Below, one piece after another: positions 49,878 through 58,374 of a DNA stretch of 64,000 nt. The first letter of the stretch is position 1, and each line of letters starts with the position of its first letter. The translations under genes were made by a program, and so were the position numbers. The stretch lies in the sequence record DRR378314_916, one strand, 5' to 3'. The notes under the pieces are model-generated. The model did not search any database. It saw nothing but the letters and a program-made list of their open reading frames with translations, and had not been told where the DNA came from.

Positions 49878-50075
49878 ATCATTTGCGTCTGCAACCGTAT
49901 CAACTGCAAAAGCGTCCGCTCCGCCGTGGACGCCGGTGCGCGCAGCCCAAAGGCTGTGCAGGCGCATCACGGGTGCAAATTCCAGTGCGGAAAATGCAGC
50001 TGCTCGATCGGTGAAATCATCTCCGAAGAGATGGACCGCCGCCCGGTCGCCCCGGCCCTGATCGCCGCGGAATAG
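49875..50075 (+). CDS. bfd: bacterioferritin-associated ferredoxin
   Basis: MIICVCN...CGKC 2Fe-2S motif, directly upstream of bfr. Confidence 0.88.
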   Translation: MIICVCNRINCKSVRSAVDAGARSPKAVQAHHGCKFQCGKCSCSIGEIISEEMDRRPVAPALIAAE

Positions 50076-50107
50076 ACCGACATCTGCCTTTGAAATCGCT
50101 ACGCTTT

Positions 50108-50186
50108 TAGACATCGCGCGACAGATCGCGACACGATGCGACATACGGCGACGCCTGCAGACACGCCCCGCGACAGCGCATGACAG
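50108..50186 (+). repeat. degenerate 10-bp-period tandem array (GCGACA core)
   Basis: GAC at 50110, 50120, 50130, 50140, 50150, 50160, then 50172, 50182. Confidence 0.6.
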
Positions 50187-50307
50187 GGCGCTGCAATTGT
50201 GTCGCACTTTCACATGCAATTGTTTTTATTGGATTTTTTCTTGATCCGGTGGCACAATCACCCTAGGTGCTGGCCCATAAACATAATCCACGCAGGAGAG
50301 CTCCCCC

Positions 50308-50799
50308 ATGAAAGGCGACCCAAAGGTCATCGACTTCCTAAACAAGTGCCTGAAGAACGAACTGACGGCGATCAACCAGTATTTCCTGCACTCGCGCATG
50401 CTGCATGATTGGGGCGTCAGCAAGCTGGGCGACTATGAGTACAAGGAATCCATTGAAGAAATGGAGCATGCCGACTGGCTGATCGAACGCATCCTGTTCC
50501 TCGGCGGCCTGCCGAATTTGCAGGATCTCGGCAAGCTGCGCATCGGGGAATCGGTCCACGAAATCCTCGAATGCGACCTGAAACTCGAAAACGACGCCAT
50601 CCCGCTGCTGAAAGACGCAATGGAATATGCCGAAAGCGTCCGCGACTATGGCAGCCGCGACCTGTTCGGCAAGATCCTCAACAATGAGGAAGAACATGTC
50701 GATTATCTGGAAACCCAGTTCGACCTGATCGAGCGCATCGGCATTGAGCGCTACACAATGCTCCAGTCCGAAGCCAACGGCTCGAAGGCGCAGGATTAG
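50308..50799 (+). CDS. bfr: bacterioferritin
   Basis: MKGDPKVI, NELTAINQYFLH, EEMEHAD, EEEHVD. Confidence 0.97.
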   Translation: MKGDPKVIDFLNKCLKNELTAINQYFLHSRMLHDWGVSKLGDYEYKESIEEMEHADWLIERILFLGGLPNLQDLGKLRIGESVHEILECDLKLENDAIPLLKDAMEYAESVRDYGSRDLFGKILNNEEEHVDYLETQFDLIERIGIERYTMLQSEANGSKAQD

Positions 50800-50806
50800 T
50801 CAGGCC

Positions 50807-50839
50807 GAGGCGCTGCGCCCTTGCGGGAAGCAGCGCCTT
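50807..50839. terminator. hairpin between the convergent bfr and pheT genes
   Basis: AGGCGCTGC...GCAGCGCCT stem. Confidence 0.55.
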
Positions 50840-50846
50840 GCCTCTC

Positions 50847-53240
50847 CTACCCTCTCAGAACGCCGCCTGTGCCCTTGGCGACCGAGGCAACGACCTTGTC
50901 CATCAGGGCTTGGATGTCTTCATCCTTCAGCTTTTCCTGCGGCTGCAGCGTCATTTCGAACGCGACCGATTTCTGCCCTTCCGGCACGCCTGTGCCCTCA
51001 TAGACATCAAACACGTCAACGCGGGTGATCAGCTTCTTGTCCGCGCCCTGCGCATGGCGCACCAGGTCTGAGGCCGGCACGGCACGGTCGACCACAAAGG
51101 CAAGGTCCCGGCGGATCGGCGTCAGCTCGGCGCGCTCGAATACCGGCTTGGTTTTGGTGTTCTTCGCCTTCATCTGCGGCAGCGCGTTCAAATTCAGCTC
51201 AAAACCATAGACCGGCCCATCCACGTCCAGCGCCTTCAGCACGCCGGGATGCAGCTGGCCGAAATGCGCGACGGTCACTTTCGGGCCGAGCTTCAGGCTC
51301 GCCGCCTGCCCCGGATGCCAGTGCGGCTGGGCGGGCGCAGCAACCTGGAACCGGTCACCCGGCTGGCCCAGCGCATCCAGCACCGCGAACAAATCCGCCT
51401 TCGCGGCATAGGAATCATAGGCCGCCGGCGTGCCCTGCCAGTGGCGCTCATTGAACGGACGCACCAGCGCAGCCACAACGGTGCGCTGGTCTTTCGGGCC
51501 ATCGCCCAGATAGATCGGCCCGGCTTCGAACAGGCGCACGCCGCGCTCACCATGATTGGCCGCGCGCTGCGCCGCCTTGGCCAGATTTCCGAGCACGGAG
51601 GGGCGCATATAGTCGAGATCGCTGGCGACAGGATTGGCCACGACCAGCGCATCGCTTGTCTTGCCAAACAGCGCCGCATCATCCCTCGCCATGAAGCTCC
51701 AGCTGACCGCCTCAAGGAAGCCTCGGGATGCCATCACCCGCCGGGCCGCACGCACGCGGGCCTGCATCGGTGTGGTGATCGCCTTCACGCCGCCTTCAGG
51801 CGCTGGCAGCGATGTTGTCGGCAACTGGTCAAACCCGACCAGCCGAGCCACTTCTTCCACAATGTCCGCAGACTGCTCCATGTCGAACCGGAACGTTGGC
51901 GGCGTCAGATACCAGGCGTCTCCCGCATCCTCGATGCCAAACTCCAGATCTTTCAGCATCCGCCGCATGTCGGCTGGCTTCACGCTGAGGCCTGTCAGGC
52001 GCTCGACATCTGCTGGATAGAAAGTGACTTTCTTGGTGTTGACCGGCGCTTCGCCAGCCAGGTTCGGCTTCGACACAACGCCGCCGCCATACTCCACGAT
52101 CAGCGCAATGGCGAGGTTCAGCCCGTCCATACAGCTATGCGGATCTACGCCGCGCTCGAAACGATAGCGCGCATCGGAATGAATGCCGGTTGCGCGGCCC
52201 GTGCGGGCTGTGCGCAGCGGATCAAACCATGCGCTCTCAATGAACACGTCGACCGTCTCATCCGACACGGCGGTGGACTCGCCCCCCATCACGCCGCCCA
52301 GACCGATGGCGCCGCTATCATCTGCGATGACACACATCTCTTCGGAGATGTCATACGTCTTGCCATCCAGCGCGGCGAGCTTTTCGCCCTTGCGGCCAAG
52401 ACGCGCCACGACCGGGCCCGACAGCTTTGCGGCGTCATAGGCATGCAGCGGACGAGCCCGATCAAGCGAGATGTAATTCGTCACATCGACCAGCAGGGAT
52501 TTCGGCTGAATACCAACGGCCTTAAGACGCTGCTGCATCCAGTCCGGCGACGGACCATTCTTGACACCCACGATTACGGCGCCCGCGAAGACCGGACAAG
52601 CCTCCGGCGCGTCCAGCTGGATCTGGACCGGGCATGGCTTGGTGCCAACAACTTTCTTGAGCTCCGTGCGCAGGAAGCGCCCTGCCCCGGCCGCGGCCAG
52701 ATCGCGTGCGATGCCCTGTACGCCCAGCCAGTCGGGACGGTTTGGCGTCACCTCAAAATCAATCACCGGATCATTCAGGCCCAGCGCATCCGCGGCAGGC
52801 GTGCCCAGCGCGATGGACTCGTCCAGATCGGCGATGCCGTCATGGTCTTCCCCGGCTTCGAGTTCCTTGGTGGAACACATCATGCCGTAGCTTTCGATGC
52901 CGCGAATCTTGCGCGGCTTCTTGTCCAGCGCGAAATCGAGCCCCGGAATGAACGTGCCGAGCGGTGCATAGATTGCCGTCATGCCAGCGCGGGCATTCGG
53001 CGCGCCGCAGACGATCTGCTTTTCACCATCAATCGTGTCGACCGTACACACGCGCAGCCTGTCCGCATCCGGATGGGGTTCAGCAGCCTTGACCTTGCAA
53101 ACCGTGAAGGCGGCAAGCTTCTCGCGGGGGTCTTCGACCTCTTCCACTTCGAGACCGGCTTTCAGCATCAGGCCCAGAATATCGTCCAGCGTCGCCTTGG
53201 TGGCGAGGTGGTCGTTCAGCCAGGAAAGGGTGAATTTCAT
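50847..53240 (-). CDS. pheT: phenylalanine--tRNA ligase beta subunit
   Basis: MKFTLSWL, HPDADRL, VTPNRPD, RFERGVD, RRDLAFVV, FDVYEG. Confidence 0.98.
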   Translation of the reverse strand: MKFTLSWLNDHLATKATLDDILGLMLKAGLEVEEVEDPREKLAAFTVCKVKAAEPHPDADRLRVCTVDTIDGEKQIVCGAPNARAGMTAIYAPLGTFIPGLDFALDKKPRKIRGIESYGMMCSTKELEAGEDHDGIADLDESIALGTPAADALGLNDPVIDFEVTPNRPDWLGVQGIARDLAAAGAGRFLRTELKKVVGTKPCPVQIQLDAPEACPVFAGAVIVGVKNGPSPDWMQQRLKAVGIQPKSLLVDVTNYISLDRARPLHAYDAAKLSGPVVARLGRKGEKLAALDGKTYDISEEMCVIADDSGAIGLGGVMGGESTAVSDETVDVFIESAWFDPLRTARTGRATGIHSDARYRFERGVDPHSCMDGLNLAIALIVEYGGGVVSKPNLAGEAPVNTKKVTFYPADVERLTGLSVKPADMRRMLKDLEFGIEDAGDAWYLTPPTFRFDMEQSADIVEEVARLVGFDQLPTTSLPAPEGGVKAITTPMQARVRAARRVMASRGFLEAVSWSFMARDDAALFGKTSDALVVANPVASDLDYMRPSVLGNLAKAAQRAANHGERGVRLFEAGPIYLGDGPKDQRTVVAALVRPFNERHWQGTPAAYDSYAAKADLFAVLDALGQPGDRFQVAAPAQPHWHPGQAASLKLGPKVTVAHFGQLHPGVLKALDVDGPVYGFELNLNALPQMKAKNTKTKPVFERAELTPIRRDLAFVVDRAVPASDLVRHAQGADKKLITRVDVFDVYEGTGVPEGQKSVAFEMTLQPQEKLKDEDIQALMDKVVASVAKGTGGVLRG

Positions 53241-53243
53241 CGT

Positions 53244-53864
53244 CTATTCCACTTCAGCGGTCATATCGGTTTCGGGCTTGGGCGCGTAATTCGCCAACGC
53301 CTCAAAGACATCTTCGTCGCTGCGTTCGCAGCGTTTGACAGGCTCGGCGCGCGACATGGTCGTCCCCATGTTCAGGCCAGTCGCGGTCCAGCATTTGTTG
53401 AACACCGAACAATAACAAATCTCCACATCCAGCGCGCTCCAGGCCAACGCGGCCGCATCGCGGTCGGCGACGGATACGCGTTCGCGAGACCAGTCCACCC
53501 GCAGAGGGATCACTTCTTTACCCGGCGCTATGGCCCTGCCGATCAGGCTTGACCAGGATTGTTGGTATCCAGATGGAAACTTGTCTGCATACGGGGTCAG
53601 ACTTTTGACGGGCACCCCGCCCTTCGACACATCGACACGCTCGATCAAAGCCGGGCCAACCCCGCTGTTCGAGATGCGCAGCCCCATTGAGACCATCTCG
53701 GGGGAAGATGACACAAAACCCTCGATCTGTACGACAGGATAGACGGCGCCATGCTGCTGCGCGCGCATCACGCGGCCCTGGTCCCAGGCGATGAAGACGG
53801 CAATCGCGCTGGTCAGCACCGCGCAAATTGCAATCAGCATCTCAACCTTGTTGCCATTGCCCAT
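53244..53864 (-). CDS. hypothetical membrane-anchored protein inside the pheS-pheT operon
   Basis: 206 aa; N-terminal TM, NSGVGPA, CYCSVFNKCW; 10 nt after pheS stop, 3 nt before pheT start. Confidence 0.8.
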   Translation of the reverse strand: MGNGNKVEMLIAICAVLTSAIAVFIAWDQGRVMRAQQHGAVYPVVQIEGFVSSSPEMVSMGLRISNSGVGPALIERVDVSKGGVPVKSLTPYADKFPSGYQQSWSSLIGRAIAPGKEVIPLRVDWSRERVSVADRDAAALAWSALDVEICYCSVFNKCWTATGLNMGTTMSRAEPVKRCERSDEDVFEALANYAPKPETDMTAEVE

Positions 53865-53874
53865 GGACGTGTCC

Positions 53875-54951
53875 TCAGCTCAAGCCGCCACTGACGCTCG
53901 GCGTACTCCACGGCGCAAAGCCATAGTGGCGCGTCCATTGCGGGTCAGCCTCGAAGTATGGGCGCAGGTCCGGCATGCCGTACTTCAGCATGGCCAGGCG
54001 GTCGACACCCATGCCGAAGGCAAAACCCTGATATTCGTTCGGGTCGATGCCGCAATTGCGCAGTACGTTCGGATGCACCATGCCGCTGCCGAGGATCTCC
54101 ATCCAGCTGTCGCCGGCGCCAATCTCGATCGTCTCGCCCTTGCGAGTGTATTTCACGTCCATCTCTGCCGATGGCTCGGTGAAGGGGAAGAAGTGCGGGC
54201 GGAAGCGCGCCTCGACATTATCCACTTCGAAGAAGGCCTTCACGAAGTCGATCAGGCAGCCCTTCAGATGGCCCATATGGATGTTCTTCTCGATCACGAG
54301 ACCTTCGACCTGATGGAACATCGGCGTGTGGGTCGCGTCCCAGTCATTCCGATAGACCCGGCCGGGCACCAGAATGCGGATCGGCGGCTTCTGGCTCATC
54401 ATCGTGCGGATCTGAACCGGAGACGTGTGCGTGCGCAGAACCTTCGCCTCATCGCCTTCCAGTGCATGCATGAAGAAGGTGTCGTGCGTCTCGCGCGCCG
54501 GGTGGCCTTCCGGAAAATTCAGCGCGGTGAAATTGTGCCAGTCGTCTTCAATGTCCGGCCCTTCGGCGACGGTGAAGCCCATATCGCCGAACACGGCGGC
54601 GATTTCCTCGAACACCTGCATCACCGGGTGCAGTGCGCCGGCAACCGGGCCAGCCTTCGGTGGCAGGGACAGATCAACCGTCTCGCTCGCCAGCTGGGCC
54701 TCAAGCGCCGCGGCCTCCAGCGTCTCCTTGCGGGCGCGGATCGCGGCATCAACGCGAGTCTTCAGCGCGTTCAGCTTCGGGCCATTCTCCTTGCGCTCCT
54801 CGGGGCTCATCTTGCCCAGGGAACTCATCAGGCCAGACACCCTGCCCTTCTTGCCAAGCTCGGCCACACGCACCTGTTCCAGCGCGGCAAGATCGGCAGC
54901 TGCCTCAACTGAGGCGAGCGCCTCTTTCTCGATCGTCGTGATATCGGACAC
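53875..54951 (-). CDS. pheS: phenylalanine--tRNA ligase alpha subunit
   Basis: [39 protein letters not shown] start. Confidence 0.98.
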   Translation of the reverse strand: MSDITTIEKEALASVEAAADLAALEQVRVAELGKKGRVSGLMSSLGKMSPEERKENGPKLNALKTRVDAAIRARKETLEAAALEAQLASETVDLSLPPKAGPVAGALHPVMQVFEEIAAVFGDMGFTVAEGPDIEDDWHNFTALNFPEGHPARETHDTFFMHALEGDEAKVLRTHTSPVQIRTMMSQKPPIRILVPGRVYRNDWDATHTPMFHQVEGLVIEKNIHMGHLKGCLIDFVKAFFEVDNVEARFRPHFFPFTEPSAEMDVKYTRKGETIEIGAGDSWMEILGSGMVHPNVLRNCGIDPNEYQGFAFGMGVDRLAMLKYGMPDLRPYFEADPQWTRHYGFAPWSTPSVSGGLS

Positions 54952-55023
54952 TGGGGTCGCTTCCCTTTACTGTTCGAGCGGGCTTTTTAGGCGCTTCGGC
55001 GGCGCATGCAAACGCCCTTAAAG

Positions 55024-55052
55024 AAAAAGCCCGGCTTTGACGGCCGGGCTTT
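55024..55052 (-). terminator. intrinsic terminator of rpmI-rplT
   Basis: AAAGCCCGGC/GCCGGGCTTT stem followed by T run on the minus strand. Confidence 0.8.
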
Positions 55053-55075
55053 GTCACTTGTGCCTTTCAGGCAGG

Positions 55076-55438
55076 TTAAGCGAGGGCAGCCTTGGCCTGT
55101 TTGACCAGGGCGCCAAATGCTTCCGGCTCGCGCACGGCAATGTCGGCCATGACCTTGCGGTCGACCTCGATGCCGGCTTTCGTCAGGCCGTTGATGAACT
55201 GGGAGTAGTTCATCTCGTCATCATGGATGCGCACAGCGGCGTTGATGCGCTGGATCCAGAGCGAGCGGAACTTCCGCTTCTTCACCTTGCGGCCGACATA
55301 GGCGTACTGACCGGCTTCCCAGACGGACTGGTGCGCGATGCGGAACGTATTCTTGCGGCGGTTACGGAAACCCTTTGCCTGCTTCAGAATTTTCTTGTGG
55401 CGGGCGTGGGCGGGAACTTTGTTACGTGAACGGGGCAT
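55076..55438 (-). CDS. rplT: 50S ribosomal protein L20
   Basis: [37 protein letters not shown]. Confidence 0.97.
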   Translation of the reverse strand: MPRSRNKVPAHARHKKILKQAKGFRNRRKNTFRIAHQSVWEAGQYAYVGRKVKKRKFRSLWIQRINAAVRIHDDEMNYSQFINGLTKAGIEVDRKVMADIAVREPEAFGALVKQAKAALA

Positions 55439-55475
55439 CTAGGCCTCCTAAATCAAGATCTGAACGGAAACGGGC

Positions 55476-55679
55476 CTAGAGGCCGTAGGGCAGGAATTTC
55501 TTCACAACGCGAGCCACATCAGCTTTCGCAGCGACTTTCGTGCCGCGGTTCTGGCGGATGTACTTGGAATTGTGGCTGATCAGACGGTGACGCTTACCTG
55601 CGACGCCGTGCTTCAGCTTTCCGGTTGCCGTGATCTTGAACCGCTTTGCAGCGGCCTTTTTGGTCTTCATCTTCGGCAT
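55476..55679 (-). CDS. rpmI: 50S ribosomal protein L35
   Basis: MPKMKTKKAAAKRFKITATGK. Confidence 0.97.
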   Translation of the reverse strand: MPKMKTKKAAAKRFKITATGKLKHGVAGKRHRLISHNSKYIRQNRGTKVAAKADVARVVKKFLPYGL

Positions 55680-55775
55680 TTCATGTCTCCTGTATGCGAG
55701 CTCTCACCGTAAAGGCGGCCCAAGGTTCATGAGCTGGAGGGCATGCCGTTCGCCCAAACCGCTCGGAAGAGGCGG

Positions 55776-55804
55776 CTTATGACGGATCAGGACCGGAGAA
55801 TCAA
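55776..55804 (-). promoter_or_regulatory. putative sigma70 promoter of rpmI-rplT
   Basis: TTGATT-N17-CATAAG on the minus strand. Confidence 0.55.
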
Positions 55805-55908
55805 GAGGCCAATATGCTGTTACTGCGGGGGATTTCGCATATGGCTTGCCGCAACTTGCCAGCAACCGTAAGGTCCACCCTTGTTATAAAGTTTCAGGGG
55901 CAGATTTC

Positions 55909-57420
55909 ATGCGCACACTCCTCCTCGCCGCCTGTATGGCGGTCTTCGCCTTGCCGGGCCTTGCCGACGACACCGCCAATGGCAAGACAGACCCTGCCGA
56001 CATCCCGGACGCGCAGGTGTTCACGTCTGACCACTCGCTGCGCCTCGGCTCAAAAACCGTGAAATACAGGACCGTCGCCAGCGAAACCTATCTGCGCAAC
56101 GAAAAGGACGAGCCGACGGCCTCTGTCTTTTCTGTCGCCTATGTCGACACCGGCACGACCAGTGCCGCGCAGCGCCCGGTGACCTTCGTGTTCAATGGGG
56201 GGCCGGGCTCTGCCTCGCTCTGGCTGCACATGGGCGCCTTCGGGCCGAAACAGGTCCTCACCCCGTCAGACGCCTCTGATGTGGGCGCACCGCCCTACAC
56301 GATGCGGGACAATCCAAACTCCCTGCTGGATGTCACCGATCTCGTTTTCATTGATCCGGTCGGCACGGGCTATTCCCGCCCGCTGGGTGAGACGGAGGGC
56401 AAGGAATTCTACGGCGTGAATGAGGATGCCGAGAGCATCGCTGAATTCATCCGCATCTGGCTGACCGAGAATGGCCGCTGGAATAGCCCGAAATACCTCG
56501 CCGGCGAAAGCTATGGCACCACGCGGGCCGCCGCACTGACCGAAAAGCTGCAAGGTGGCTGGAACGGCATCGGCCTGAACGGCGTGATCCTGATATCCGC
56601 AATCCTGGATTTCCAGACCGCCCGTTTTGCGCCGGGCAATGACACCGCCCACCTCGCCTTCTTCCCCACCGAAGCCGCCACCGCCTGGCATCATGGCAAG
56701 GCCAACAAGGCCAAGTGGAACAATGATTTCGACACCTTCATCGACGACGCGCGCAATTATGCCACCGACACGCTGGCCCCTGCCCTGATCCGTGGCTCAA
56801 CGCTGAGCGAAGCCGACGAGATTCGCATCGCGCAGGAAATGAGCGATTTCATCGGCCTGTCACCGGAATGGATTCGTCTTGCCAATCTGCGCGTTGATCC
56901 GCATCGCTTCCGCAAGGAACTCCTGCGCCGCGAAGGCTATACGGTTGGCCGCTTCGACAGCCGCTACAAAGGCGTGGACAGCGAAGGCACGGGCGAGACG
57001 CCAGAGAATGATCCGTCCGGCTACGGCATGGATGTCGCCTATGTCGCCGCGATCAATGACTATCTGACCCGTGAATTGAAGGTGGACTTCACCCGTCCGT
57101 ACAAGGTGCTGACAGGCGAGCCAGGCTCCCAGTGGAACTGGAGCGTCAACCAGCAGGGCTGGCCATCCTATGTCAATGTCGCCCCCTGGCTCGGCAAGGG
57201 CATGCGGGAGAACACCGATCTGCGCGTCCTGCTGGCCTCCGGCTGGTATGATCTGGCCACGCCATTCTTCGGAGCAGAAATGTCCCTACGCAAGAATGGC
57301 GTCGTGCTCGATCGGGTCGAGTTCGACTATTATGATTCCGGCCACATGATGTATCTCGCCGAAAGCGACGGCAAGAAACTGTCCGATGACGTGCGGGACT
57401 TCATCCGCGCCGGTCAGTAG
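55909..57420 (+). CDS. S10 family serine carboxypeptidase
   Basis: signal peptide; FNGGPGSAS, IDPVGTGYS, GESYG, YDLATP, SGHMMY. Confidence 0.93.
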   Translation: MRTLLLAACMAVFALPGLADDTANGKTDPADIPDAQVFTSDHSLRLGSKTVKYRTVASETYLRNEKDEPTASVFSVAYVDTGTTSAAQRPVTFVFNGGPGSASLWLHMGAFGPKQVLTPSDASDVGAPPYTMRDNPNSLLDVTDLVFIDPVGTGYSRPLGETEGKEFYGVNEDAESIAEFIRIWLTENGRWNSPKYLAGESYGTTRAAALTEKLQGGWNGIGLNGVILISAILDFQTARFAPGNDTAHLAFFPTEAATAWHHGKANKAKWNNDFDTFIDDARNYATDTLAPALIRGSTLSEADEIRIAQEMSDFIGLSPEWIRLANLRVDPHRFRKELLRREGYTVGRFDSRYKGVDSEGTGETPENDPSGYGMDVAYVAAINDYLTRELKVDFTRPYKVLTGEPGSQWNWSVNQQGWPSYVNVAPWLGKGMRENTDLRVLLASGWYDLATPFFGAEMSLRKNGVVLDRVEFDYYDSGHMMYLAESDGKKLSDDVRDFIRAGQ

Positions 57421-57436
57421 TCCAGGCAGGAAACTC

Positions 57437-57713
57437 GCGTCAGACTGGGGATGGGCTGCCCGCTTGTCCCCGGCCTGAACGCAAGCGTTACCGGCGATTC
57501 CGCCTTCCCAATCCGACAGCCATTCGCGTCGTGCATTCTGTCCCCGTCATTCCGGTGCCTGGCGTCATCGGAATGGGGATTTGACGAATCCCGGTGAGCG
57601 GAAGAGGCAGGGTCGCTACCTGTATACTTCCTGACTACCTCCTGTTTCGCGGCCTCGTCTCTCCGCTCGCAACACACAAAAAAACCGGAGGGCTGGTGGC
57701 CCGTCCGGCTTTT
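57437..57713 (+). ncRNA. candidate structured non-coding RNA
   Basis: three long hairpins whose G-U pairs favour the + strand, a CU-rich loop and a terminal terminator-like hairpin; no credible ORF. Confidence 0.4.
57678..57713. terminator. bidirectional intrinsic terminator downstream of infC
   Basis: A7-CCGGAGGGC-loop-GCCCGTCCGG-CTTTT. Confidence 0.8.
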
Positions 57714-57737
57714 CGTGCTGGCTTGTGTCAGCGGCAA

Positions 57738-58277
57738 TCAGCGTGGTGCGAGCACCATGGTCATCTGACGGCCTTCGAGTTTCGGCTCCAGTTCCACTTT
57801 CGCCGTTTCCTCGAAATCGGTCTTCACCCGGTTCAGCAATTCCATGCCGAGATGCTGGTGCGCCATTTCACGTCCGCGAAAACGCAGGGTGACTTTCACC
57901 TTGTCGCCGGCCTCGAAGAAGCGCGCCATCGCTTTGGCCTTCACGCCATAATCATGCGTGTCGATGTTCGGGCGCATCTTGATCTCTTTGAGTTCGGAAG
58001 ACTTCTGCTTTTTCTTCGCAGCGGCCTTCTTCTTGCGCTCTTCGAACCGAAGCTTGCCATAGTCGAGAATCTTGACGACGGGCACTTCCTGGTTGGGAGA
58101 TACCTCCACGAGATCCATTGCGGCTTCCCGGGCTGCGTCCAGCGCAGCCGTCAGGGGCATCACGCCCTGCTTTTCACCGTTCTCATCAATCAAGAGAACC
58201 TTGGCGGCGCGAATGTCATCATTGATACGTGGGCCGGCGGACTTCTGTGGTCCCCCGGTGTCTGGTCTGCGAGCTAT
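57738..58277 (-). CDS. infC: translation initiation factor IF-3, ATA start codon
   Basis: [39 protein letters not shown]7-ATA in frame gives [20 protein letters not shown]. Confidence 0.95.
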   Translation of the reverse strand: MARRPDTGGPQKSAGPRINDDIRAAKVLLIDENGEKQGVMPLTAALDAAREAAMDLVEVSPNQEVPVVKILDYGKLRFEERKKKAAAKKKQKSSELKEIKMRPNIDTHDYGVKAKAMARFFEAGDKVKVTLRFRGREMAHQHLGMELLNRVKTDFEETAKVELEPKLEGRQMTMVLAPR

Positions 58278-58374
58278 GGCGAATCTCCTTTATCGCTGTT
58301 TCAGTTATGCTGAATATGCCCATTATTGTTGGGATCTTCAAGGCGGACGGCCATTCTACACTTCAGCCGCCACG

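Noticed and set aside
50108-50186. Possible CRISPR-like array
   Set aside because: Period is only 10 bp with a 6-bp core, and there are no cas genes in the window
51249-53552. 767 aa ORF antisense to pheT (and similar ORFs opposite putA, thiolase and lysS)
   Set aside because: Shadow ORFs of well-supported genes with no recognisable protein features
57414-57737. 107 aa minus-strand ORF downstream of infC
   Set aside because: Runs through the infC terminator, lacks an RBS and has no protein-like features; the region is better explained by RNA structure
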